Shown in pieces: positions 1 through 10,460 of a DNA stretch of 64,000 nucleotides. The DNA lies in contig JANOAV010000038.1 of the NCBI GenBank assembly GCA_031411295.1, positions 1-64,000 on the forward strand, read 5' to 3'. Both the position numbers and the translations under genes were made by a program. Origin of the DNA: Verrucomicrobiales bacterium. Its GTDB lineage: Bacteria; Verrucomicrobiota; Verrucomicrobiia; Verrucomicrobiales; V1-33. The notes under the pieces are model-generated. The model did not search any database. It was not told where the DNA came from and saw only the letters and a list, made by a program, of their open reading frames with translations. The stretch's first letter is position 1. Every line of letters begins with the position of its first letter.

Positions 1-1
1 G

Positions 2-58
2 GTTTCTGTGGTGACGGAGCAATATTTAAATCTTTACCAGCGATTGGACAGAGCATGA
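2..58 (+). CDS. 3' end of an upstream gene (partial), probably a glycosyltransferase
   Basis: Open frame VSVVTEQYLNLYQRLDRA* ends at TGA 56-58. It resembles a GT4 C-terminal helix and lies at the head of a glycosyltransferase cluster. Confidence 0.4.
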   Translation, partial: VSVVTEQYLNLYQRLDRA

Positions 59-91
59 GTCAAACCGCAGCTCTGGGCATAACACTAACAC

Positions 92-1168
92 ATGCCCCCC
101 CCTCCTAAATCAGGTCACAATCCTGCTCTTGACTTAGTTAGAGCAACTGCGGCATTTCTGGTTTTCTTCTGCCACTTGCGCGGGCATTTCTTTGTTGCCT
201 GGGGTGATCTTGATCCATCATGTCGCACAACTCTGAATTTCTGCCTATTCACTTTGGGACGCTTAGGACGGGAATCCGTGATGATCTTTTTTGCTCTCAG
301 CGGATATTTGGTAGGCGGTAAATCGCTTCAAGCCATGCTCTCTGGCAAACTAAACGCTTCCGACTATGCATGTAGCCGATTATCAAGGTTCTATGCTATC
401 GTGCCTGCGGCGCTGATTCTAACCCTGATTTGCGATTATTTCCGCCTTGGAAATTTCAGTTTAGCCGATGCTCGGACTTTTTGGTGTAACTTAGGGATGC
501 TGCAAGGCATCGCTTCCCCATCTTTCGGATCTAACGCACCACTCTGGAGTTTGGCATATGAGTGGTGGTATTATGTTTTCGGTTTAGGTGCCTTGCTTGG
601 ATTGCGACGTTTCATCACCAAACAAGGCTCCACGAGGCTTTGTGTTTTGGGTTTCGTTTTAGCAATGGTGGCGCTCTTTGTAATGTCGCGCCCCATGCTG
701 GAATATTTCCCAGTCTGGCTTGCTGGAGCATGTCTAGGATTGATCAAATCGCCCCCTACCAAAACTTGGCCGATCGTTGCTAGTGGCGCAATTTTGCTTG
801 GAGCCTGCGCGCTTTCCATGCGTCGTCAGGATTTGTTGGGAGATTACTCCGTTGGCATCGGGGCATTAGTGCTAATCGCCAGCCTTATCCATCCGCGAAA
901 TCTTCCGCAGTGGATGAGCAAGCCAATCTGGTTTGCAGCAGCAATCTCATTCAGCCTCTATACAATTCATTATCCGCTAATCGAGCTTTTACAGGCCGCT
1001 TGGAACCCAATTCGTGTTGCCACGATTACGATTAATGCTTGGACAAAACTCTTTGCGATAGGTGGTGTGATCCTTTTAATCGTCGTCGTGTTTTGGTGGA
1101 TCTTCGAACGCAACACCACCAAGCTGAAGCGCTGGCTCCAAGCACGCTGGCCCCAAGCCAATCCATGA
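92..1168 (+). CDS. Acyltransferase family 3 (OafA-like membrane O-acyltransferase)
   Basis: Motifs LDLVRATAA..V...H, FFALSGYLV, RLSRFY, NAPLWSLAYEWWYY and ISFSLYTIHYP; multiple TM helices. The start may be 55 if the C8 tract is really C7. Confidence 0.9.
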   Translation: MPPPPKSGHNPALDLVRATAAFLVFFCHLRGHFFVAWGDLDPSCRTTLNFCLFTLGRLGRESVMIFFALSGYLVGGKSLQAMLSGKLNASDYACSRLSRFYAIVPAALILTLICDYFRLGNFSLADARTFWCNLGMLQGIASPSFGSNAPLWSLAYEWWYYVFGLGALLGLRRFITKQGSTRLCVLGFVLAMVALFVMSRPMLEYFPVWLAGACLGLIKSPPTKTWPIVASGAILLGACALSMRRQDLLGDYSVGIGALVLIASLIHPRNLPQWMSKPIWFAAAISFSLYTIHYPLIELLQAAWNPIRVATITINAWTKLFAIGGVILLIVVVFWWIFERNTTKLKRWLQARWPQANP

Positions 1169-2448
1169 AAACCTGCCTGCTAGTAGCGCCCCACTTCCCT
1201 CCGAGCAATCTCGCGTCGGTGCATCGGGCACGACTGTGGTCACGTCACTTGCCGGAGTTTGGTTGGAAGCCGATCATTCTGACCACGCACTCCGGTTATT
1301 ACGAAGAGGCGCTGGACTGGGATTTGCAGAAACTGCTCCCCTCCGATCTTGAGATCATTGCCACCAAGGCCCTGCCGACGAAACCGATTCGGTTGGTGGG
1401 CGACATTGGGGTTCGGGCGTTTCCCTATCATCTGGCAGCGGCAGCTAAGCTGGCCAAAGCACGCAAGATTGATTTCATGCACATCACCATTCCAGCCAAC
1501 TTCTCTGCTTTGCTGGGGAGGCCTTTGCGAGCGTTACGAAGGGTGCCTTATGGGATCGATTACATAGATCCCTGGGTCCATGATTTTCCGGGTTCAGATA
1601 AGAAGTTGAGTAAAGCTTGGATTTCCTGCACCATGGCCAAATTAATGGAGCCCTGGGCCGTCAAGCAGGCCCGAGCGATCACTGGAATTACGGAAGGTTA
1701 CTTTGCTGGAGTCTTGGAACGGAATCCCCACCTGCACACGCAAGCCGCTACTGGATTCATGCCTTACGGAGCCGAAGTAGCAGATTTTGTGGGAGCTTCC
1801 GAAATGAAATTAGCTAATCCCCAATGGTCAACGGATGGGAAATTCCATGGGTTCTATGCTGGTGCCCTGCTTCCAAAAGCAATGCGGCCTCTGGAAACTT
1901 TGTTTCAAGTATTAAGGAAGCTCGGTGATCAATCTCCCACTTGGAGAGAGCGATTCCGGCTGCATTTCGTGGGCACTGGGGGGCGTCCCAGTGATCCCAA
2001 AACTTTCCAAGTTAAGCACATAGCAGAACGGTTTGGAATTGCTGACATGGTGACGGAACACCCGCACCGCATGGCCTATCTGCAAGTGTTGGCACACTTA
2101 CACAAATGCGACGGCGCGCTCGTGTTGGGCTCATCGGAGGCGCATTACTCGCCCTCCAAGACATTCCAATCTATCCAGTCGGGAAAACCGATTCTCGCGT
2201 TGCTGCATGAGGAAAGCACTGCCGTCAGCTACCTGCGCCAAGTCGGCGGAGCGGATGTTGTCACCATGACTGATGCGGGTGATTTGGATCAGAGTGTATT
2301 GGCATCGGCTCTGACGCGATGGTTTCAAAAAATCATTAGCGTTCCTCCGGATCGAGTGAATTCAATTCCGAACGAACAAACCGCCAGAGGAAGCGCGCAG
2401 CGCTTGAGCGAAGTGTTGGACGCGGCGCTTGCATTGGAGATCAGATGA
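1165..2448 (+). CDS. Glycosyltransferase, GT-B/GT4-like
   Basis: MKTCLLVAPHFPP start overlaps the previous stop (ATGA); IDYIDPWV and PSKTFQSIQSGKPILAL motifs. Confidence 0.8.
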   Translation: MKTCLLVAPHFPPSNLASVHRARLWSRHLPEFGWKPIILTTHSGYYEEALDWDLQKLLPSDLEIIATKALPTKPIRLVGDIGVRAFPYHLAAAAKLAKARKIDFMHITIPANFSALLGRPLRALRRVPYGIDYIDPWVHDFPGSDKKLSKAWISCTMAKLMEPWAVKQARAITGITEGYFAGVLERNPHLHTQAATGFMPYGAEVADFVGASEMKLANPQWSTDGKFHGFYAGALLPKAMRPLETLFQVLRKLGDQSPTWRERFRLHFVGTGGRPSDPKTFQVKHIAERFGIADMVTEHPHRMAYLQVLAHLHKCDGALVLGSSEAHYSPSKTFQSIQSGKPILALLHEESTAVSYLRQVGGADVVTMTDAGDLDQSVLASALTRWFQKIISVPPDRVNSIPNEQTARGSAQRLSEVLDAALALEIR

Positions 2449-3617
2449 AAGTCGGCATCCTCACCAGTCATCCTATTCAATATCAAGCCCCGTGGTTCCG
2501 GGCCTTGGCGCAGGAGTGTGATCTGACGGTTTACTTTGCCTACCGCCCAAACGCCGCGGAGCAGGGGCAGGGGTTCGGGCAGGCCTTCACCTGGGATGTG
2601 GATTTACTTTCCGGCTACAAGTCTGAGTTTCTCTCGAACGTAGCCAAGCAATCAAACACTGGTAGTTATGCGGGATGCGATACGCCTATTATTGCGGATC
2701 GCATCGCCCAAGAGAAATTTGACGCATTCATTGTCACCGGCTGGTATTTAAAATGTTTCTGGCAGGCGATCAAGGCTTGTCGGAAGCTGAAGATTCCGGT
2801 GCTGGTCCGGGGCGATTCCCAACTAGCTACGCCCCGTTCCAAGCTTAAAGCCTTCCTCAAAGAGTTCGTTTATCGCAGAATGCTGAAATGCTTCGATGGC
2901 TTCCTAACCGTGGGGCAGCGAAATCGTGAATACCTGCAACACTACGGAGTGCCAGCGGAGAAAATTTTTCCCGCCCCACACTTTATCGACAACGCAAGCT
3001 TCGCCCAGCGTGCCGCCGAAGCCCTGCCGCAAAGGGAAGCAATGCGTAAAGCTTGGGGAACCCGCCCGGGTCAAATCGTGGTGCTCTTTGTCGGTAAATT
3101 CATCAAGGAAAAGGGCTTGGAGGTCTTGCTGACTGCCATGGCAAAATTAGAAATCCAACACCCTGGAAAATTCAAATTGGTGCTGGTTGGCTCCGGTCCG
3201 CTGGAATCTGATCTCCGGCAAATCGCGGCCCTCGTGAGGGTCGATGCAACTTTTGCAGGCTTCAAAAACCAAGGAGAACTTCCAGCCTGCTATGCCGCAG
3301 CAGATGTGCTGGCCCTCACGTCAGTCAGCGAGACCTGGGGGTTGGTGGTCAACGAGGCCATGGCTTGCGGCATTCCTGCAATCGTTTCCTCGGTCTGCGG
3401 CTGCGCACCGGATTTAATCGAGAATGGGGTGACGGGTTTTACGTTTCCGGTTGGCGATGCCAATGAATTTGCCAATGCCCTTTGCTCCTTTGCTAATCGT
3501 TTCCAGACCGGCCACACATGGGATTCCGCGCTGCAGGAAAAGCTGGTCCAATATGACGTCATGACTTGCTCCCGAGGCACCCTCCGTGCCATCCATTCCT
3601 GCCAGAGATCGGCCTAA
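2445..3617 (+). CDS. Glycosyltransferase family 4
   Basis: HPIQYQAP N-terminus, LFVGKFIKEKG, ETWGLVVNEAMACGIP (EX7E motif). Confidence 0.92.
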   Translation: MKVGILTSHPIQYQAPWFRALAQECDLTVYFAYRPNAAEQGQGFGQAFTWDVDLLSGYKSEFLSNVAKQSNTGSYAGCDTPIIADRIAQEKFDAFIVTGWYLKCFWQAIKACRKLKIPVLVRGDSQLATPRSKLKAFLKEFVYRRMLKCFDGFLTVGQRNREYLQHYGVPAEKIFPAPHFIDNASFAQRAAEALPQREAMRKAWGTRPGQIVVLFVGKFIKEKGLEVLLTAMAKLEIQHPGKFKLVLVGSGPLESDLRQIAALVRVDATFAGFKNQGELPACYAAADVLALTSVSETWGLVVNEAMACGIPAIVSSVCGCAPDLIENGVTGFTFPVGDANEFANALCSFANRFQTGHTWDSALQEKLVQYDVMTCSRGTLRAIHSCQRSA

Positions 3618-5179
3618 TGGTTTCTGCTCCAAGCCTCTACTCCGCCAATTTTACAAAACTCCTGTCAAGCACCATGGACACTATTGCGCCCGCCCTGCCC
3701 TTCTCGCCACGTCCTAAGGTCACGCAGCAATTGCACAAGCACGGGCTGCCGGTCGGCTTAAAGGTCCTGTTGCTGTGTTTTTTAGCGATGGCCGTCTTTA
3801 GCCCTGATCGGGAGCTAGGAATCTACGGGGTGGCCGTGCTTTGGGTAGCTGCCAGACTATTGTGGAAGCCCGGGCAGCCGCAGACGCTTTTCTTTGTTAT
3901 TTTGTTTCAATGGTTCCAAGCGTTCGGACCGGTCATGCAGGGGTTCCTGGATGGGCGCGCTTATCAGGATATCATTGGGATACCAGAGGTTGATACCGCC
4001 ACGTGGTTAAGTCTTACCGGAATCGGGATTCTCTCCATCGGTCTCAAGCTAGGCAGTCGGCGCACGGAACCAAAGGGGCTCAAAAAATCCGTTTCCGGCT
4101 TAAAGCATTTGAAAAACGGGCGGTTGGTAATCGCTTATATTTTCGCAAGCGTGGCCGCCCTAACTATTCGAGTAGCTGGCGGGGTTTATGCCCCCTTCAT
4201 TCAAGCAGGTTCCGCCGTGGAAATTGTGAAATGGGGCGTGGTTCTGCTAATTTTCTATCGCTGGACGGCGATGGGTCAGGGCGGGATACTGGCTTTGGCG
4301 ATCCTGATTTTTGAAAGCATCATTGGGATGGCGGGATTTTTCAGCTCTTTCAAAACTGGGTTCTTCATTCTAATAATTGCAGGCTCAGGGAGCGTTAACT
4401 TGAGTCGAAATCGTGCTGCCATTTTTGCCCTGCTCGCATTCGTGTTGCTGCTATTTCTTGGATTCTGGCAAGTCGTGAAAGGCTACTATCGAAGCTTTAT
4501 GAGTGAAGGCGAAAAAGCTCAGGTGATCACCGTCAGTGTGACTGATCGGATGGAATGGATGGGGCAGGCGATGAATCTGGTAGGCTTTGACAATATTCAG
4601 CAGGGTTGGCAGGATGGATTACGCCGCCTGAGTTATGTGGACTTCTTCGGTTATGCCATCAAAACAGTTCCCAGTGCGGTAAAACATACCGATGGATTGT
4701 TATGGAGAGAGGCGATTCAACACACCCTGATGCCGCGCTTCCTATTTCCCAACAAGGCTGCCATTGATGACTCCCTGCGCACGAGTGCCTATTGTGGGAT
4801 GACGGTGACAGGGGCTGATGAGGGGACGTCCATCAGTATTGGCTACATGGGAGAAAGCTACATTGATTTCGGGAGTATCGGCATGTTCATCCCCATTTTG
4901 TTGTGGGGGTGGGGGTTGGGCTGGTGCTATGGCTGGTTGCGGAAAAATACTCCCCACCCACTCTTGGGCATGGCCTGCGGCACGGGCTTACTCGTGTTGA
5001 CTGCGCTATTGTTAGAAACTTCGAATATTAAAATGCTAGGCGGATTAATTGTCGCCTTCTTGGGTCTGGTTATTTTCGTGAAACTCTTCGCGCGCGGTTT
5101 TTGGTATTGGCTTATTTACGGAGACTTGCGCAGCCGCGCCCTGCTTCGTGGATATGAACTCCGAGGCAAAAAACGCTAG
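3617..5179 (+). CDS. Polytopic membrane protein, probable Wzy-like polysaccharide polymerase
   Basis: About 10-12 hydrophobic segments and a large loop with RRLSYVDFF, PRFLFPNK and GESYIDFG; embedded among GT genes. Start uncertain (3617 TAATG overlap or 3674). Confidence 0.6.
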   Translation: MVSAPSLYSANFTKLLSSTMDTIAPALPFSPRPKVTQQLHKHGLPVGLKVLLLCFLAMAVFSPDRELGIYGVAVLWVAARLLWKPGQPQTLFFVILFQWFQAFGPVMQGFLDGRAYQDIIGIPEVDTATWLSLTGIGILSIGLKLGSRRTEPKGLKKSVSGLKHLKNGRLVIAYIFASVAALTIRVAGGVYAPFIQAGSAVEIVKWGVVLLIFYRWTAMGQGGILALAILIFESIIGMAGFFSSFKTGFFILIIAGSGSVNLSRNRAAIFALLAFVLLLFLGFWQVVKGYYRSFMSEGEKAQVITVSVTDRMEWMGQAMNLVGFDNIQQGWQDGLRRLSYVDFFGYAIKTVPSAVKHTDGLLWREAIQHTLMPRFLFPNKAAIDDSLRTSAYCGMTVTGADEGTSISIGYMGESYIDFGSIGMFIPILLWGWGLGWCYGWLRKNTPHPLLGMACGTGLLVLTALLLETSNIKMLGGLIVAFLGLVIFVKLFARGFWYWLIYGDLRSRALLRGYELRGKKR

Positions 5180-5191
5180 AGATCCCTCAAC

Positions 5192-6358
5192 TTGCTTTTC
5201 AAGGTGGCCACCTCGACTCCACTTACGATTCATCTGTGGGTTCCCAATTGTGCTCCTGGCACGGGGGGGATTCAGTCGTTTTCCCGTTGTCTGATCATGG
5301 CATTGGCGGCGGAATTTCCGGAGGCTCGCTTGCGGGTGATTTCCAAGAATGATACGGTGGCTCCGTCTTTTGCGCCGATGGGGCGGGAGTTGACTTTCCA
5401 ATGCGCTGGGGGATGGCCCGGGCCACTCCGATCTCTCTATTTTACGGGGCAACTGGTGAAGGCGGCGGTTTCGGAGCGGCCAGATCTCATCCTTTCGACG
5501 CATGTGAATTTCACGCCCGTGGCCCGCTGGTTGAAGCAAGTTTACCGGATTCCTTATGCCGCGGTGGCGCATGGAGTGGATGTCTGGGGGCTAAAGAACC
5601 CCAAAGTAATCCATGGGTTGCGTCAGGCGGATCGGGTCTTGGCGGTGAGTCGATTCACGCGGGAAAGTTTGCTGCGGGAAATGGCGTTGCCGGCAGAGCA
5701 GGTCCAGGTGTTTCCCAATACGGTGATGGCAGAGGAATTTCAGATGGGACCGAAGCCCGAGTATTTGCTCCAGCGCTATGGCCTGCGGGCGGAGCAACCG
5801 ACCATTCTGACGGTGACGCGGTTGGCAGGGGAGGAACGATACAAGGGGTATGAACAAGTCCTGGCAGCACTGCCGGAACTGCAACAGCGCATTCCCGGCG
5901 TGCATTATGTGCTGGGCGGCATGGGGAATGATTTGCTGCGGGTGCAAGGGTTGATCAAGGAGCGGGGCTTGGAAGCCTGTGTGACACTGGCGGGATTTAT
6001 TCCCGAGGCGGAATTGAATGATCATTACAACCTCTGCGATGTCTTTGCGATGCCGAGTCGGAAAGAGGGCTTTGGGATTGTCTTTCTGGAGGCCATGGTT
6101 TGTGGCAAGCCGGTGATTGCTGGAAATCAGGATGGTTCGGTGGATCCCTTGGTGGATGGCACCATGGGTGTGTTAGTGGATCCCGAAAGTGTGCCAGCAA
6201 TCACGGAGGCACTGGCAGCGGTCCTGTCAGGGACGCATCCCCTGGAGATTCTGCGCGATGCGGTGGCCTTGCGTGAGCAAACCATCACGCGCTTTGGATT
6301 CGAGGCGTTTCGACAGATGACCCAACGGGAATTGGTAAGTTTGATCCCTCCCAGATGA
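5192..6358 (+). CDS. Glycosyltransferase family 4
   Basis: GGIQ N-terminal motif, AHGVDVW, YKGYE, EGFGIVFLEAMVCGKPVI. Confidence 0.92.
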   Translation: MLFKVATSTPLTIHLWVPNCAPGTGGIQSFSRCLIMALAAEFPEARLRVISKNDTVAPSFAPMGRELTFQCAGGWPGPLRSLYFTGQLVKAAVSERPDLILSTHVNFTPVARWLKQVYRIPYAAVAHGVDVWGLKNPKVIHGLRQADRVLAVSRFTRESLLREMALPAEQVQVFPNTVMAEEFQMGPKPEYLLQRYGLRAEQPTILTVTRLAGEERYKGYEQVLAALPELQQRIPGVHYVLGGMGNDLLRVQGLIKERGLEACVTLAGFIPEAELNDHYNLCDVFAMPSRKEGFGIVFLEAMVCGKPVIAGNQDGSVDPLVDGTMGVLVDPESVPAITEALAAVLSGTHPLEILRDAVALREQTITRFGFEAFRQMTQRELVSLIPPR

Positions 6359-6481
6359 GTTGGTCCGGACGCGTTGTGCGCACCCCAAGTTTAACACCCT
6401 TGTAACGTGACACGCCCTTCATTTCCCGCTTCCCTTGCGACGAGTTTCAGGTTATTGCCCTAGCGCAATCTTCAATTTCTT

Positions 6482-8272
6482 ATGTGCGGTATCGCTGGCA
6501 TTATTTCCTCCTCTTCACTCCCCACCTCCTCTGAGGTGGCGGTGCAGAGCATGCGTGAGGCCCTGGCCCACCGGGGACCCGACGACGCGGGCAGTTGGCT
6601 GGATGCCAACCGACTGGCGTGTTTGGCGCACACGCGGCTCTCCATCCTTGACCTCAGCCCGGCAGGACATCAGCCCATGGTCTCAGCGGATGGTCAGGCG
6701 GTGATCGTGTTCAACGGAGAAATCTACAATTTCCGCGAAATTCGGGCTGAGCTGGAGGCGGAGGGGGAGATTTTCCACAGTGAATCCGATACTGAGGTGC
6801 TGCTGGTGGGGTGTCGGCGGCATGGGGCGGCTTTCGTGCCTCGGTTGCGAGGGATGTTCGCCTTTTGCTTCTGGGATTCGGCTAACCAGCGGGCGTTGTT
6901 GGCCCGGGATCCATTTGGCATCAAGCCGCTCTATTACACGGATGATGGCACTGCGCTGGTTTTCGCTTCCGAACTGCGGGCCTTGCTCGCAAGTGAGTTG
7001 ATCAAACCAGCGCTGGAACCGGGGGCGGTGGCCGCTTTCTTTGCCACCGGCTCGATGTCAGGGCCGACCACCTTGGTGCGCGGAGTCCGTAGTATTCCCG
7101 CAGGTCATCTGCTGGAATGGAATCAGGGCAGAGCCATAGTGAGTCGGTTCTGGCAGGTAACATTTCCTGCCCCCGTGCCACAGGATGCCAGCACTGCCAA
7201 AGCCGCGGCCCGGACCGCCCTGGAAAGCAGTATCAAGGCACACTTGGTGAGCGATGTGCCCGTCGGAATCTTTCTCAGTGGGGGGATTGATTCCACGGCC
7301 CTGCTGGCGCTGATGCGGCAGGCGCAACCCACCGGGCTGCTAAAGACATTTTCGATTTCGGTGGATGATAATCAAATGGACGAGGCCGATGCGGCGGCGC
7401 GCACTGCGGCACTGTTTGGAACGGAGCATCATGCCTTTAAATTGAACGCGGAATCGGCGGCGGCGGCCTTTCCTGACTACCTAGAGGCAATGGATGTTCC
7501 CTCAGTGGACGGATTTAACACGTGGATGGTCTCGCGCTTCGCCCGTGAACACCAGATGAAGGTGGTGCTCTCCGGATTGGGGGGGGATGAATTGCTGGCA
7601 GGGTATCCCACCTTTATCCAAGTGCCGAAGCTACAGCGACTGGGGAAACTGATGTCGTTCCTCGGACCGCTGGGTCGGCTGGTGGGGAAGTTACTCGCCT
7701 GCTGCGGGAAATCATCGAAGGTGCAACGCTTGGGGGAATTCTTGCAAGGACCGCCTACGATGGAACGGGCTTACGCGGCTACGCGGGGCGTTTTCAGTGG
7801 GCAGGACGCGGCTAGATTAGCGCAGTATTTCTGCAAGGGGGCGGCGGGCGCAATGGTGCTGGGCACAGATTTACCAATTGATCCAAGAGATGCGGTGAGT
7901 GCTCTCGAACTCACGCGCTACATGCGATTCCAACTCCTACGGGACAGTGATGTCATGAGCATGGCCCATGGCTTGGAACTGCGGGTGCCCTTGGTGGACT
8001 CTGAATTGTTTGATGCGCTGGCCCGCATCCCTGCGGAGCTGCGTCTGGCGCAGGGTAAGCAATTACTGCTCCAAGCCGTGCCGGAGGTGCCTGCGGTAAT
8101 CGCCAGCGCTCCGAAGCGCGGGTTTAGTTTCCCCTTCGAGAAGTGGCTGGCGACGAGTTTCGGGGACCAATTCCGTCAAGCGACACAGGGCTTGCCGGTG
8201 GCTACTTCCCAGTGGTATCAGCAATGGACGGTGTTTGTGTTCCGGATGTGGTGTAAGCGGTTGGGGCTTTAA
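6482..8272 (+). CDS. asnB: Asparagine synthase (glutamine-hydrolysing) family amidotransferase, probably polysaccharide-modifying
   Basis: MCGIAG (Ntn Cys2), HRGPD, RLSILDL, FNGEIYN, LARDPFGIKPLYY, FLSGGIDS, LSGLGGDEL, ELRVP. Confidence 0.93.
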   Translation: MCGIAGIISSSSLPTSSEVAVQSMREALAHRGPDDAGSWLDANRLACLAHTRLSILDLSPAGHQPMVSADGQAVIVFNGEIYNFREIRAELEAEGEIFHSESDTEVLLVGCRRHGAAFVPRLRGMFAFCFWDSANQRALLARDPFGIKPLYYTDDGTALVFASELRALLASELIKPALEPGAVAAFFATGSMSGPTTLVRGVRSIPAGHLLEWNQGRAIVSRFWQVTFPAPVPQDASTAKAAARTALESSIKAHLVSDVPVGIFLSGGIDSTALLALMRQAQPTGLLKTFSISVDDNQMDEADAAARTAALFGTEHHAFKLNAESAAAAFPDYLEAMDVPSVDGFNTWMVSRFAREHQMKVVLSGLGGDELLAGYPTFIQVPKLQRLGKLMSFLGPLGRLVGKLLACCGKSSKVQRLGEFLQGPPTMERAYAATRGVFSGQDAARLAQYFCKGAAGAMVLGTDLPIDPRDAVSALELTRYMRFQLLRDSDVMSMAHGLELRVPLVDSELFDALARIPAELRLAQGKQLLLQAVPEVPAVIASAPKRGFSFPFEKWLATSFGDQFRQATQGLPVATSQWYQQWTVFVFRMWCKRLGL

Positions 8273-8394
8273 TGCTGGCGAGAACCGCTTGCAGAGCCTG
8301 TTCTGCCAAAGCAGTAGTAGAACATCTCATTTTCGCCACAAATTGATCGCCTGTAGGTCTCAAGTGCCAAGATCCACCTTTCCCCTCCTGTTTT

Positions 8395-9471
8395 CTGAAA
8401 ATCATCCACACCATCAACTCGATTCGGTCCGCTGACGGCGGTCCTTCCTATTCCGTGCCTGCGCTCTGCTTGGCATTGCAAGGGGAGGGGGCATCGGTAG
8501 AGTTATGGACGCAGGATGAGACGGTGATTCCACCGGCTGGATTGTCCACCCGCAAGGTGCTGCCCGGGGCGCTGGCTTCCGAGTTGGCCAAAGTAAAGCA
8601 AGCGCATCCGCAAACGGTGATCCACGATCATGGGATGTGGTTGCCGTGGAATCACAAAGTGGCGCAGGCGGCGGCCAGCGCCAAGGTGCCTCGCGTGGTG
8701 AGTCCGCGGGGGATGTTGGATCCCTGGGCGATGAAGTATCGGGCTTGGAAAAAGCGGATCGCTTGGGCTCTGTATCAGAAACGCGACCTTCAGTCTGCCC
8801 AGTTGTTGCACGCCACTGCGAAGCAGGAAGCAGAGCATTTCCTGGCCCGGGAGCTAGCGCCAGAAGTCTTTATTTCCCCCAATGGAGTTCATTTGCCACC
8901 TGCGGGTCTGGAGCGTAAATCGAAACCGGAACAACTTCGCACGATGTTGTTCCTGTCCCGGCTGCATCCCAAAAAGGGGCTGCTGGATCTGGTGCAAGCT
9001 TGGGCGGCCATTCGCGATCCGGAATGGCAGATCCGCATCGTGGGCCCGGACGAGAAAGGGCATCGCGCCGAAGTCCAGGCGGCCATTTCTGCGGCCGGTC
9101 TAACATCACAAATTTCCATTGATCCTGCCATGGCCGGCGGGGCCAAATGGCAGGCGTATGCTGATGCGGACTTATTCGTGCTGCCTAGCTATAGCGAAAA
9201 TTTCGGTCTCGCGATTGCTGAGGCTCTGGCCTGTGGCACGCCCGTGGTCACCACCCAAGCCACGCCTTGGGAAGAACTGGAAACCGAGCACTGTGGTTGG
9301 TGGGTTCCCACGGGGGCAGCGAGTTTGGAAGGCGCTCTGCGGGATGCGATCGCGCAGCCGATGGACGAACTCGTGGCGATGGGAAAACGTGGTCGGGAGT
9401 TAATCGAGACGCGTTATACCTGGCCCACCATTGCCGTGAGCATGCTGCGGGCGTATCGTGGACTGGTGTGA
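8395..9471 (+). CDS. Glycosyltransferase family 4 (probable CTG start)
   Basis: FLSRLHPKKG and ENFGLAIAEALACGTPV. The typical N-terminus (M)KIIHTINSIRSADGGPSYSV begins at CTG 8395, upstream of the ORF-track GTG 8455. Confidence 0.88.
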   Translation: MKIIHTINSIRSADGGPSYSVPALCLALQGEGASVELWTQDETVIPPAGLSTRKVLPGALASELAKVKQAHPQTVIHDHGMWLPWNHKVAQAAASAKVPRVVSPRGMLDPWAMKYRAWKKRIAWALYQKRDLQSAQLLHATAKQEAEHFLARELAPEVFISPNGVHLPPAGLERKSKPEQLRTMLFLSRLHPKKGLLDLVQAWAAIRDPEWQIRIVGPDEKGHRAEVQAAISAAGLTSQISIDPAMAGGAKWQAYADADLFVLPSYSENFGLAIAEALACGTPVVTTQATPWEELETEHCGWWVPTGAASLEGALRDAIAQPMDELVAMGKRGRELIETRYTWPTIAVSMLRAYRGLV

Positions 9472-9593
9472 CTGGGAGCGGCGTGCGTCCCGCCGCCGTT
9501 GACATGCATCGCCATTTCACCCCGACTCCATCCATACCCTCCGACGGCTACAAGCAAGCCGCGCAAGTTGCCGACAAGCCGGCACATTCATTT

Positions 9594-10367
9594 ATGGACC
9601 TGACAAAAATCACCCCGATGATCCTGACTTACAACGAGCAGGAAAACGTGGGTCGCTGCCTAGAAAAACTCCGCTGGGCCGCCCGGGTGCTTGTGGTGGA
9701 CAGTGGCAGCACCGACGAAACTTTGGCAATCTGCGCGAAGTTTCCCAACGTGGAAGTCATCACCCGCTCGTTCGATTCCTTTGCTGGTCAGTGTAATTTC
9801 GGCCTGGGGCACATTCAGACCGAATGGGTGCTGTCGCTGGACTGCGACTACATCCTAACGGACGAATTGGTTCAGGAAATCACCACCTCTAAACTGGACG
9901 AACCCGCCCAGGGGCTGCGCTGCGGCTTCCGTTACTGCATGGGGGAACACGTGCTGCGAGCCACCCTCTACCCCGCACGCACGGTGCTGTATCGCAAGGC
10001 CCAGGGGCACTATCAGGACGACGGCCATGGCCATCGCGTGAACATCGACGGCATCGTCTTCGACCTGAAAGGCAAAATCCATCACGACGACCGCAAACCG
10101 CTGCGGCGGTGGCTAGATTCGCAAAAGAAATATGCCGCACTGGAAGCAGCGAAACTCAGCCAACCCGATGCCGCCCAACACGGTGGCATGGCAGATCGCC
10201 TCCGCCGCATGATCTGGCCGGCCGCACCAGCGGCTTTCCTCTACACGCTCCTGGTCAAAGGGCTCATCCTTGATGGCTGGCCCGGATTTTACTATGTGCT
10301 GCAGCGGACTTATGCGGAGTTGCTCCTCTCGCTGGAACTGCTGGACCGCAAAGTAATGCGACGGTAG
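9594..10367 (+). CDS. Glycosyltransferase family 2 (WaaE-like)
   Basis: ILTYNEQEN, VVDSGSTD, WVLSLDCD (DxD), GLILDGWPG; likely start MDLTKI at 9594. Confidence 0.9.
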   Translation: MDLTKITPMILTYNEQENVGRCLEKLRWAARVLVVDSGSTDETLAICAKFPNVEVITRSFDSFAGQCNFGLGHIQTEWVLSLDCDYILTDELVQEITTSKLDEPAQGLRCGFRYCMGEHVLRATLYPARTVLYRKAQGHYQDDGHGHRVNIDGIVFDLKGKIHHDDRKPLRRWLDSQKKYAALEAAKLSQPDAAQHGGMADRLRRMIWPAAPAAFLYTLLVKGLILDGWPGFYYVLQRTYAELLLSLELLDRKVMRR

Positions 10368-10460
10368 CGCACAAGGACCGAGGATTTGCAATCCGCCACT
10401 AACGTAGAAGCCGAGTAAATAAGAGTTGAGCCGATGCAAACCCAATACTAATTTGGAGCC

